From: Podospora anserina
Taxonomy: Eukaryota
Assembly: GCA_017654855.1 (NCBI GenBank)
Contig: CM030336.1
Location: 1,240,001 to 1,304,000 of the forward strand
Direction of reading: 5' to 3'
Length of the DNA stretch: 64,000 bases
Below the pieces are notes generated by a model. It had not been told where the DNA came from and searched no databases. It saw only the letters and a program-made list of their open reading frames with translations. Made by a program: the position numbers and the translations under genes. Shown here piece after piece: positions 1 to 10,861 of the stretch; the stretch's first letter is position 1; each line of letters begins with the position of its first letter.

Positions 1-240
1 GGGTCCTTGGTTCGGCTTCGTCGAAGACTTCTTTGAGAACGATGAGGCGGTCTCGCCAGTACGAGAAGTTCTCTACATATGTGCCGGAGTTCGGAGTGAA
101 AGGTGCCGCAGGTGGCAATTCTGGTGTCTCTCTGATCTCGTTCGTTTCACTTTGCCCTGTAGGTGCAAGGCAAACTCGTAACGTCCTTGGGAGGAGTTTA
201 GGGGTAGGAAAGGCCAAAGATGGTGCACGGGCCGCTGCAC
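1..240 (-). CDS. Partial or degenerate fungal hypothetical gene running off the window start
   Basis: Minus-strand frame reads ...SGTYVENFSYWRDRLIVLKEVFDEAEPRT at the window edge, resembling a recurring fungal hypothetical-protein motif (from memory). 5' end unresolved. Confidence 0.3.
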
Positions 241-551
241 GGATTCACGTAAACAAAAATATCGAATCAAAGTGCCGAACCAATGTCTTCAACCACTTGG
301 GCTGGGGGGTGGTGGGGGCTGATTCTGTATGCCCAACGAATACACGCAGTTTCCAAAAGCCAGCAGCAATGACCCCCTACCCAGCCTGTAGATTCGAGAC
401 CACTTATTTTTTTCTCGTTTTCACCACTAGCTGCCTGGCTGTTCCATTGTTCGCCATGCCGTAACCGTGTCTGGCCGAGTACACTAACGCCAAACGAGAC
501 TTATACCTTACAGTAAGGAGCATGATGCTGCTACTTTCTTAATTTTGCAAA

Positions 552-938
552 TTGCTTTCGGTGTCACCACGCGTCGCTACCGAGCCGGAACCCAATCCTT
601 GCCTTAGAGAGGGATACATACACGCAAGAGTTGGAATAAATCGCTGCTGGCAAGCGATCGGCCACGCGAGGGACCTGTTTGAGGCATTGTCAGCGAGGCT
701 ATCTGTTGTTTTAGATGACTGGGAGTTCCCGGACGATGTCTTCCTGGCTTGGTCCAGTTTTATGCTAGGCCCGTCTCCGGAGAGTGCGATGCCAACCATC
801 ATTGTCTGCGGTGCTTCCCAGGCAGCCAGGGAGTCATTATGCGAAGCCATCCATGCCAGCGGCGTGCTTCCACATCATATCCTCCTCGACCACCGACCTG
901 TGGCCCCTGATTTCAGCCGTGTTGATCCAGTTCAATAA
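552..938 (+). CDS. Hypothetical protein fragment
   Basis: ORF with protein-like segment FMLGPSPESAMPTIIVCG. No in-frame ATG at the ORF start, and the upstream ATG/intron (456-513) does not splice in frame. Possibly a relic. Confidence 0.3.
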   Translation: MLSVSPRVATEPEPNPCLREGYIHARVGINRCWQAIGHARDLFEALSARLSVVLDDWEFPDDVFLAWSSFMLGPSPESAMPTIIVCGASQAARESLCEAIHASGVLPHHILLDHRPVAPDFSRVDPVQ

Positions 939-1551
939 ATGATCGCGACAAGTATGATAGATCCCACCTTGCCGATGTATATTGTAGCTAATCTAGTCCA
1001 CATGGCAGATGATCCTTTTCTGAGTCACGCATGGGAGGCCATTTGCATTGACATGGTACCCATTCGACAGTGGAGTTCGTAAGAGGTTATTGTGTGTTGT
1101 CTTATTAAGTCCAAGCCTCGCGTTCTCTCTTCTAGCCGCCTTTGAGGTGTTGTTAGATGGGGAGCCGTCTTGCATACGAGTTAAGGTACCTATCAATCAT
1201 TGAGATACCTTCAGATACGTACCTAGACAATGGAGTGTTCAGAAAACAGATCTCTCATTGTAACTCCAATTAAGAATACCTAGCCGAACAATGCATCAAT
1301 GCGACTTCCTTTATGTTTTTTGAACATTGCTACCGACTGACTGACTAAGGTACATCAACATGAAAAGCGCCACTGGCACTACGTCCTGACCGAAATGGAA
1401 TCTTCGGCAAACACAGGTTTCCAATATCGAATATTGTCAACCAAGCCACTGGCTCACCTCGACGAACTGTCCCTCGATTCGTGAGTACCTTACTGGTTCA
1501 CCAAACCTTCTGAATGACCCAACCTGTCAACAAGACCCCCTCACCATAACC

Positions 1552-1908
1552 ATGTCAAACACCGAAATCACATCCGAGCAAGAGAGCAGAGAAACTGGAA
1601 ACCTCATCATCGGTCTCATTTTCGGCCTCCTGGTTGTCCCTATAGTAGTCCTAATCTCATGCTGTATCATCTTGCGTTACAAGGAGAAACTCAAAAGACT
1701 AGACGCCTGTCCCAGGTGCGACGCCCAGCTCTTCAGCCAAGAAGCCGCACGGAGAATCATCACTGAGCGCATCAGGCGCGATGGAGAAGAACGATATCCT
1801 GAACTCGTCGAGTTGGCTGAGCGGATTGAGAGAATGGAGCAAAGCAGTGCGGTGGAGCATGTTGAGCTTGCCGACTTGCCCGGCCCGCGTCAGTCTTTAC
1901 CGCAGTAG
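1552..1908 (+). CDS. Small single-pass membrane protein
   Basis: ATG in ACCATG context, hydrophobic run LIIGLIFGLLVVPIVVLISCCIIL, then a charged tail with CxxC. Confidence 0.6.
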   Translation: MSNTEITSEQESRETGNLIIGLIFGLLVVPIVVLISCCIILRYKEKLKRLDACPRCDAQLFSQEAARRIITERIRRDGEERYPELVELAERIERMEQSSAVEHVELADLPGPRQSLPQ

Positions 1909-2001
1909 GGATGGGGCTCGACTTTGAAAGCAACATGCTGAAAATTGCATCGAGACTCGAGGAGGTGTACTAAAACAACATGCAACAAAACATCCTGACA
2001 A

Positions 2002-2467
2002 TCATTGCCACTTCCTCAACCCAAACCCGCCCCTCCGACTCAAAACCTTGATGTCGGGCTCCTGACTCAGCCAGCCCTTTTCGACAATCTCATTCGCCCA
2101 TTTCAGTCCCCCGTCAATCATGCCGTCTTTCTTTCTGTTTTCGGGGTGGTATTTGCGGGCTGTGGGGAGGTCGTTGAACCTGAATCCAAATTGTAAGTGT
2201 CACCCAGCATCGCACTGCGGGTTCAATAGGTGCTGACCTCTCAACCAAGACCATCTCGCCGGTTGCTTCCAGATAAAACACCTCCCACTGAAGACACCCC
2301 GGTTCATTCTTCTCAATCCACTCGCCCGCCTTGAGGAGGTTGGCTTCCACTTGTTCTTTGTTTTCGGGGTTGATGGCTAGCGTGATGATGATGTCGACTG
2401 CGGAAGCTGGTTCTGGTGGAGACTTGGAATTGGTGGTGGAGGTGTCGGAGGGGAGGACCGAGGGCAT
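2002..2467 (-). CDS. ABM (antibiotic biosynthesis monooxygenase)-fold small protein, 2 exons
   Basis: Motif NEPGCLQWEVF...VLVER. Intron about 2180-2237 (GTCAGC...CAG) joins to FNDLPTARKYHP...LRKWQ*. Confidence 0.7.
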
Positions 2468-2849
2468 TTTGTACTGTTGAACAAACGGACCAAAGACAAC
2501 TGTATTGGGATAGATGACATGAAGATATGCAAGGAAACTGGGAGAGATAGCGGTAGTATTTTTGAAAATGACCTTTTCGCCGATTGGCTATCGTCAGGGT
2601 GGGGAAAGTCCGAGGTGGGTGAGGTCGTCGAGGTGGCGGCGAGTCAGATAGCTGCGGCCTAGCCAACATGGATTTTCGCCCCTAGATCCATCGTTCTGAG
2701 GTCTTGGGGAAGAACTGTCTGTTGTATCGCCCCGTTCATGTGTGGAAGTCTCATGTTGATACACCCAATGCTTTTCCATCCAGCCCGCATGTGGTAGGTA
2801 AGCATGATACATAACAGAAGAATGTATTGCTTTAAGCCTCGGTCGAATC

Positions 2850-3662
2850 TCAGATACGACATGGCGTAACAAGAAAGCACACATGTCTACAGTCAAGTAG
2901 GTCAGGGGTTATACGCCTGTTGCAAAAACCTTGCCAAAAGTCTTGCCGAAAATCTTCGGACATCAAATATTTGCAGCAGTAAATTGTCCAGTTGTACCAC
3001 TGCTGGGATACTGAGCTCGCATCAATTCTGGTGTACCGCGGGTGATGCTCCTGGCTCACGCCGTCGGGGTTCTCAAGACGAAGGGGATGCCCTATGAGTC
3101 GAAGGCATACATATGAGGAGCCAGGACAAAACACCGGTCCCAACTCATAGCCGACCTGGGAGCGCTCCCCATTTTCAACAACATATCAGCCAACGACAAG
3201 ATGTTTCCGGGCTTGTTTCCATGGAGACCATGGATTTGGTACCAATAATGTATATGGCCGCCACGTCGATAGGTTGCTGTCATTCCAGGACTCTCTACTG
3301 CTGAGAGAGTCTGGCCATCGGCCTTGGCTGATCTGTGACGCTGTTGATTGCGGTATATAATCGAATAACTCGCGGCCTTGATGACTATCCAACCACTTTT
3401 GCTTCTGAACAACGCCTTGCACCAAGCCAAGGATCTAGACCTGGAACATCTGGTATTTCTCCTCGTGATATGGATTCAGTCTTTCGTCTCTGAGGCCAGA
3501 CGAGTCTTCCTCCCTTGCCTGACAACACATGTACCGCTGGCCGGTCCCAGAGCCGTCGTCGGCGCAGTTCATCTGGCAATCTCTCGGAAAGATATGCAGT
3601 TTGGGATGGGTCCTTGCGGATGTTCTGGATCTGGCCTTGTGTCGCCATTGTCCAATTGTCAA
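2850..3662 (-). pseudogene. Degenerate gene relic
   Basis: ORFs 3435-3662, 3186-3425 and 2850-3143 share one frame separated by single stops (TAG 3435, TGA 3186). An overlapping frame starts MATQG...LSERLPDELRRR (F-box-like LPxEL). Confidence 0.35.
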
Positions 3663-4580
3663 AGACGCTGAGGACGGTGCTGAGGTTTAAGATGAAATGT
3701 TGTCAAAAGAGAAACTCGAGGTAAAATACCTTCCGGGTGTTCCGTACGAGGCGTCATACCTTGTTCAAGCGTCGATGGACACACGTTGGGTAGGTTCCAT
3801 GCCCTAACCGCCACAGTTGCTCTGCCTCAACGGCTTTCCATGACAGTTTCATGTACACCGACCGGCAGCGCATCCCCTACGCCCGGCATCGAGACCCACA
3901 ACGTAAGCGACCCGAGATCCAGCCCCGGACCGGACCGGCGCCAACCTGGAAGATAAGTGCCGTCAACAAAACGGCGCAGTCGGAGATGTGGAGCCGCATT
4001 CAGGGGCCATCTGCAACAGCACGGCGTCACGGCCCCCAACTCGGTGTAAACCCTTGCTCGTCGACGCCATGAACTTGTGTTGGGGCTCTTGGACAACCAA
4101 CAGTCCACACTAACGTCCGTGTTAAGATGAGCAAAAATGCAGCTCTTTTGATGCTAAACAAGGGCTTACGGACTGCGAGGGTCTTCTCATCCTTTCCGTC
4201 ACATCACCTGTGCCGCGTGCGCGTCTGGGAGGCTGATCCAAGGCCGAGAGTTAGTGGTTGCAACTTATACCACGCGCTACTAGTTCCAGAATGTTGGTCG
4301 TATGATGGCTGTCATCTAATTACGCGGTTTGCCCAAGGCTGGGCTCGTTAACGTATGAGTACGGCACGACCACACATATCGGCATCAAAAGTTACAGGTA
4401 GGGACCTTGTGATCATATCAAAATTGATGGGACAAAAGTTCCCACCCAGACGCCGAGTTGCCGTGTTCCTGAGCTGCCTACCTATATATACCCGGCACGA
4501 AGTCGCTCAGATGAGTTTGATAACCACCGACATTACTCGAGATAAGCGACAAGCCCTCCTTCGCTTTCTGTCACGCAGTC

Positions 4581-6141
4581 ATGTCTCTCTCCACTTGTGT
4601 ACGTCTTGTCCAACCCTCAAGCTGTCTTGTGAATGCTGATCTAACAACCACAACAGTGTGCGGCCATTTTGGCTGCTCTCGGAAGCTCCAAGGTCTCTGC
4701 TCCGGGGAACTTCCGGTACACATCATCGTTGTCGTCCTACTATTCTCTGCAAACATCTCAGACACAGCCGGACTGCATTGTGCAGCCAGCATCAGCTGCC
4801 GATGTTTCCACCGCCGTGACTATTCTCGCAGCCAATTCTGCCAATCCGGCATGTCGCTTTGCTGTTCGGTCAGGAGGACACATGTTCCATGCCCAAGCCT
4901 CCAACATCGCCGGTGGTGTTACCCTTGATCTAAGAGACCTCAACGAGATCACTCTTGTCAATGGAAACGCAGACGTGCGTTTGGGTGTGGGCTTGACCTG
5001 GGGAGAGGTCTACGCTCAGCTAGACCCCTTGGGCCTGACCGTTGCTGGCGGAAGAATCGCGAGCGTGGGTGTTGGTGGCTACATCGTCGGCGGAGGACTG
5101 TCCTTCCTCTCACCAAAGGTTGGCTTCGCTGCTGATACTGTCTCCAAGTACGAAGTCGTCTTGGCCAACGGCACATTGGTTGAGGCCACAGCCACCCAGA
5201 ACTCTGACCTGCTGCGTGCTCTTCGCGGAGGTGGCAACAATCTGGGCATCGTCACCCGCGTGACGATGAAGACACACGCCCAGGGGCTAATGTGGGGAGG
5301 AACCATGATGCACCCTACCACGACACTTCACAACCACCTCTTGGCATTCATCGACTTCAACAAGGCCACTGGATACGACGAGAATGCCTCCCTCATCACC
5401 AGTCTTGTCTACTACTACGGGATCAGCCATACCATCTCAACTCAGATGGCGTACACTGGACCCCCTTCGTCGTCGCCACCCGCTGCGTTCTCTGACTTTT
5501 TGAGCATCCCATGGGTCACAACCAACTACGCCAGGGTGAACTCCATGAGAAACATAACTGTCGAAGCAGGAGCCAGCATTCCAGGTAGCAGCCGGTATGT
5601 TTCCCCCCGCTCCATTCCAACTCCCAACCCCATCATTCACTAATCCTCCCTCAGCAATCTCTGGTGGACCCAAACAGCAGTCTGCAACCTCCAAGTCCTC
5701 GGCGCGGCCTACCAAATCTGGTGGGACTCCCACTCCTCGGTCCAAAACATCCCCGGCATCGTCTGGACCATGACCTTCCAGCCCCTCCCCCCCAGCATCT
5801 ACAACCGCAACCCGACCACCAACTCCCTCGGGTTCAGCTCCCCCAGCCGCAGCAATCAGCCCTTGGTTGTCATCCAGCTGCTCGCTTCGTGGGCGAGTTC
5901 CCTCGATGATGCTTTTGTAAGGACAAAGGCGAGGGAGTTGTACGATTCTCTTACGTCGGAGTTGGTGGCCAAGAGCGCGACGGATCCGTGGGTGTATCTG
6001 AACTATGCGGCCGATTGGCAGGATCCGATTACGGGGTATGGGACTGGGAATGTGGCTGCTCTGCAGGCGGCGAGGACGAAGTATGATCCGAACGGGGTTT
6101 TTACTAGTAGGGTGCCGGGTGGGTTCAAGATTCCGGTTTGA
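4581..6141 (+). CDS. FAD-binding (PCMH/BBE-like, AA7-type) oxidoreductase, 3 exons
   Basis: FAVRSGGH covalent-flavin His motif, VGVGGYIVGGG, ALRGGGNNLGIVT, C-terminal YLNYA...KYDPNGVF. Introns about 4599-4656 and 5596-5654. Confidence 0.9.
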
Positions 6142-6643
6142 GGGGGTGATGGGGGATAGGGAGGGTTTGTGTGTGGACTTTGAACCTTTGTCGGTTGTGT
6201 CTCGTACCTATTTAAGTGGTGGATCGGATCGGTTTGGCTGTGATTTTCAGTCAGGGTGTAATAAGGACTTAAGCAGCTTCTCTTCTGTGTCAGATGATAT
6301 AAGTAACTTTTCCGCGTGTCTTGGTTCATGTTGAAAAGTGACGATGTCTTTCTGGGGTTGATGGTGAGCTGTGAAATTTGGTATGGGGCCGGCTCCAGCG
6401 TGGCAATCACGGGAGATGTCGAACCAGTTCCCACATTTCTAGATATCAGAAGGTTATTAACTCTATAGCCCTGACCTTTCAGCAGCGACCTTCACTCTGC
6501 AAAGTTTCTACCACAACATCGGAAATCTCTCCTTGCGGCTTTTCTTAAACGCTGCATTTTACAACCAAACCCACCTCAAGCCATTCCAGCAACAAGAGAA
6601 GAGGCACCTCAATCTTCACACCGCAAACAACCTCGTCGCGAAA

Positions 6644-7149
6644 ATGTCTTTTTACGAACATGGCTCTCACTGGTCAGCTACCAGCATGGCACGTTTGTCA
6701 AATCTATATTATGTTTCCAATTCCGTTGGCTTATACATCATCTTCAATTTAGTCCGCCCGACGGCGTGCCTTTGAGGATCGTTACCCTGAGCACCTCGAC
6801 CTTTGGTCTGTCCCACGCAACGATGACTGCCTATTATACGGAACTTCGGTCAGTGGTACGCGGTGGAGCGTCTAGAATGCTTTCGACCAGAGCCCCCACC
6901 GGTTTCATGCTCTTGGATGAGCTTACCACAAGACGTTCGATCACAGTCCGCGACGATTACAGGGCCTCGATGGCAGACCTTGTGAACCGGCGGTTAGGGC
7001 AGACATTCCGTTTGGATGAGCCATACGAACCCGCTGAAACAAAAGGGACGATTGGGGTAATTCTAGATCGGATAGGAGAGCTTTGGAGAAGTGTTTTCAA
7101 GCTTGGTTGGAAGTTTATCTTTGGGATGGTCTTTAAGCTGAACGGCTGA
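6644..7149 (+). CDS. Small hypothetical protein (structure uncertain)
   Basis: ATG at 6644 in AAAATG context and a downstream 127-aa ORF. Splicing not resolved. Confidence 0.3.
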
Positions 7150-7381
7150 TAGGGAATGGGAGCTTGCCATCCCGAGCTATGCCGACTTGAGTTCGACGAC
7201 TGCCCCTCTGAAAGGTATTTTGTGGCTTGTGAGCATGCGCAACGAGTTTTCAGCTGGTCTTGGCATCTCTGAATCACACTGCTCGAGGCGACAGTGACCC
7301 TTTCCATTTCTCTTCTATCCAAATCAACCTCGACATCGAAAGCCAGTAACTGAGCTACTACAAGATTTTGCTTTTGAAAAT

Positions 7382-9277
7382 ATGAGCACCCGATACGAAT
7401 ATTCATATCTCGAAACCGGACACATCCGCCTCCTTCATATTCTCTCTGTTTCCCCCGAGATACGCGTCCGCATCGATGTTGTCCCTCTCGACACCGACCC
7501 CCCCCCCATCTACGCGGCATTATCCTATCTCTGGGGCAAAGACACACCGTTCTCTCGCGTCATTGTCGAGCCTCATGGGCGATACATCGATATCGCACGC
7601 AACCTGACCGTATGCTTTCAACACCTCGATGCCTTCATCGGGACCAACATTTGGATCGACGCAGTGTGTATCAACCAGGGAGATGACGAGGAAAAGTCGC
7701 GCCAGGTTTCACGAATGGGGTCCATCTATGAACGTGCCACCAAGGTGCTGTCCTGGCTTGGCCCCTCTGCTGACAACAGTGATGCTGCCATAGACGGCAT
7801 TTCCAACTATGGGAAGGCGGCCGTGGATGCCGGTCTGCTTGACATCAAGAAGGAACTCCTCGAGACTTGGCCAGATGTGGGTGACGACCCTGCCAATATG
7901 CGCGCAAGGGATGCAGTGGTGGAGCTCATGGTCAAGGCGAACGCAGCCGAGGGTGATGCAGACCGTGCTGCTGAGCGGTTCCCACGTCTTGCATTTGCTG
8001 CGATTACTCGTCGGGAGTATTTCAATCGCGTCTGGATCAAGCAGGAAATTACGCTTGCGCGCAATTCCATGGTCCTTTGTGGCTTCAAGCAAACCGATGC
8101 CGAGTCATTCCACGCCTCTCTTCTGTTCTATGGCCTGCTGATTGTCTGGGAAACCAACGAGTACAGAGCCGGTCGACATGCTCGAATTCCGGGACCCTTC
8201 TCCATAGAGGAACTGATGGCTGCGCCAGACGGCCCTTGGGCCCTCTTAAAACAAACGACCACGGACCCCGCCGCCGGATCAGCCTTCTCAGGCCGGCGCA
8301 AGTTCCTACGTGAAGGTGGCAAGAAGCCTCTATTCGAACTCATCCACACTTCATACGTGAGGAACGGTGCTCTCGGCCTGCGGTCCACGAAACCCTTGGA
8401 CAAGATCTACGCCCTGCTTGGTATCGCGGCAGACGCAGTTGAATCGGGAATTTACACAGACTACACCAAGACACCCGACGAAGCTTTCGAACAAGCAGCA
8501 AGGTTCCTCATCGCCCAAGGCCATGTCGATATCCTCAAGTGGTGTCGCACACGACGGGTCAACCCACCGACATGGGTCCCCGACTTCGATGCCAATCTCC
8601 CGTACACGTGGTCTGACGATATGGGCGTCCCGTTATTCAAAGCAACAGGGTCCAAGTCCCAACCGACAACTTTAGTTCACGAGATGAATGGCCCGCGGCC
8701 CGCCTCGCTTCGACTGCATGGTGTTTGTCTTGACACTGCTGCGGCGGTTGGCAGTGTCTTTGTCCACAACGACGGGATGAAATATCCCCAGGAAGCCGCT
8801 CGCCAGTTGTTTCTTAACGTCAAGGCGTTCCTCGAGCGGACATCAAAGTATACAAAGGACCAGTGGGACGATGCGTTATGGCGCATTCCCATCTGCGACA
8901 GGGAGTACCACCCTACATCTATGTACTTTCAGCGGGCTACCCTCGAACGATCAGGCAGGCAGTTTGAACTGTTACGCACCCAACCGGTGGATGACGAGAA
9001 GGTTACGGCGGAAACCATGTCTTATCAGGCCACGATGCGGTATGAGAATGGTGCGCGTCCTATCCTTTTGACGGCTGGTTATGTTGGGCTGGGTCCGATG
9101 GAGACAATGGCGGAGGACATCGTTGTGCTCTTGTATGGCGGGTCGACCCCGTTTGTGCTGAGATCTACGGGGACTCGGGGCGAGTATTATCTTGTCGGGG
9201 AGGCGTATATTTACGGCGTGATGGACGGGGAGATGATGGATAAGGGGCTGGAGGAGGAGGTATTTACTCTGTGCTAG
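7382..9277 (+). CDS. HET-domain (het-6-like) protein
   Basis: IRLL, YAALSYLWG, IWIDAVCINQ..EKSRQVSRMGSIY, YFNRVWIKQE, DKIYALLG, PTWVPD, C-terminal LVGEAYIYGVMDGE. Intronless 631 aa. Confidence 0.93.
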   Translation: MSTRYEYSYLETGHIRLLHILSVSPEIRVRIDVVPLDTDPPPIYAALSYLWGKDTPFSRVIVEPHGRYIDIARNLTVCFQHLDAFIGTNIWIDAVCINQGDDEEKSRQVSRMGSIYERATKVLSWLGPSADNSDAAIDGISNYGKAAVDAGLLDIKKELLETWPDVGDDPANMRARDAVVELMVKANAAEGDADRAAERFPRLAFAAITRREYFNRVWIKQEITLARNSMVLCGFKQTDAESFHASLLFYGLLIVWETNEYRAGRHARIPGPFSIEELMAAPDGPWALLKQTTTDPAAGSAFSGRRKFLREGGKKPLFELIHTSYVRNGALGLRSTKPLDKIYALLGIAADAVESGIYTDYTKTPDEAFEQAARFLIAQGHVDILKWCRTRRVNPPTWVPDFDANLPYTWSDDMGVPLFKATGSKSQPTTLVHEMNGPRPASLRLHGVCLDTAAAVGSVFVHNDGMKYPQEAARQLFLNVKAFLERTSKYTKDQWDDALWRIPICDREYHPTSMYFQRATLERSGRQFELLRTQPVDDEKVTAETMSYQATMRYENGARPILLTAGYVGLGPMETMAEDIVVLLYGGSTPFVLRSTGTRGEYYLVGEAYIYGVMDGEMMDKGLEEEVFTLC

Positions 9278-9421
9278 ATCCCCGGGTGCGTGACGTCTCT
9301 GGCACGTTGTGCTTGTAGAGGCAGCATTCGCTTCTGAAAAAGGCGGGGCTGGCAGACTTTTTGACTTTCGGGTCATCCAGTGCACACCCACAAAGCAATT
9401 TACCAGATTACATCTCACCAA

Positions 9422-10424
9422 ATGGATGTCCTTCTTCTCCGTATCCAGCGACTTCTTCCAGCAATCCGGGGCGGCCCATCAAAGCACAAAGCGTGTACGC
9501 TACGGCTCCCCGCTGAACTGATCGATATAATCCTCCATCACTTATCCTTGGAATGCGTCCTCTGTTTCGCTTTGACCTGCCGCGCACTGTTCGTCAGGTA
9601 TTTCCCCAGGCCAGCACCCCTCTCCGACACGGCAAAAACAACATTCCTACAGTACCTCGAGCGAGATCACCCAAGACTTTACTTTTGCCATGATTGCATC
9701 CGTCTTCACACGTGGCGTCTGACGCATACTGAATATGGCATGCGGGTTGACAGTGGGCCCTGCTTGGAGAATCCGGCACTTCCTCATCATATGAGCAGCC
9801 ATGTTGCAGAATATGGGGATGAACCTCACGTACTCCCTGGCACGCATAGTCACGAACCGACACCTTTATGGCTCGGCCCACGGCCCATCCGTAAAAGACG
9901 TGGCGGTGACAAACTCAACACAGGACGTGATTTTCGGAACCAGCATTACGCGCTCATGGAGCGAGCCAAAATCATCAACGATAGCCTTTATCTACACGGG
10001 CGCATGGTGCACCAAAAGTCTGAGTGAGGAGGGAGGCTTCAGAAAATTGAGAGTGCTTATGACCTTCATCGACCGCCTTCTGGTGTGTCCTCACCTCCTG
10101 TCACCTTCTGGGTACGCGGACGGGCAGGCACCCGTCATTCCCGAGTTGGTTTGGGATGGTGATTCGCTCGATGAGGTGCGTGAAATGCCGGGGAGGATTC
10201 GATCCTGCAAGGTCTGCTCTACGGATTATCGTCTAGATACAAAGTTGCGGGAGAGGTCATCGTCATTCTGCAGGATCCGTCGGTCTTGGGGTGAGACCTG
10301 GGCGGTTGAGATCAGCCGGTGGCATAAGCTTGGAGGGTGCCGGTCGCCGCATGATGTGGAATGGTACAGTTTGGTGACTCGGAATCTGGATCAAGATGCT
10401 ATCGACGGTAAGACGTTTGTGTAG
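9422..10424 (+). pseudogene. F-box protein gene with apparent frameshifts
   Basis: F-box LRLPAELIDIILHHL...ALTCR and YFCHDC in one frame. Family-like blocks (ARIVTNRHLYG, AKIINDSLYL, SCKVCSTDY, WHKLGGCRSP) alternate between two frames without clear introns. Confidence 0.65.
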
Positions 10425-10861
10425 CCGGAATGGTGCGCAGAGTGTGGATGGGGGGAGAAGTGGAGGCCGAGGAAGGGGATGAGGCGAGCTTTGTTTGAGG
10501 AGATTGTGTGAGCTGATATGCCTACAGCTTTTCCGAAAAGTTTATTGGCATTGGCTCCGCCTACATGATGCTCACAGTCGTACAGTCTCTTGAATATTCG
10601 CTTGCTCCCGGCGTTTACCTCAATCAATGTCTTTCCTCAGGTACCAGGTACCCGGGTCGCTTTGAGTAGTTGGGTTCTGCCAACAGCCTGGGCTGTGATC
10701 GTTTTGTGGCACCGGACTCTATGGTGTAAAAGCTCGATGGCACTGGATGTAAAGTGACACGGCATATGAGTGACATTATATCTCCATCGTTATGTGCTCA
10801 GCAAATACATGTTATTGCCATCGCAATTAGTGCTAGGGTCATCCTTGCCGCATATTCGCCG

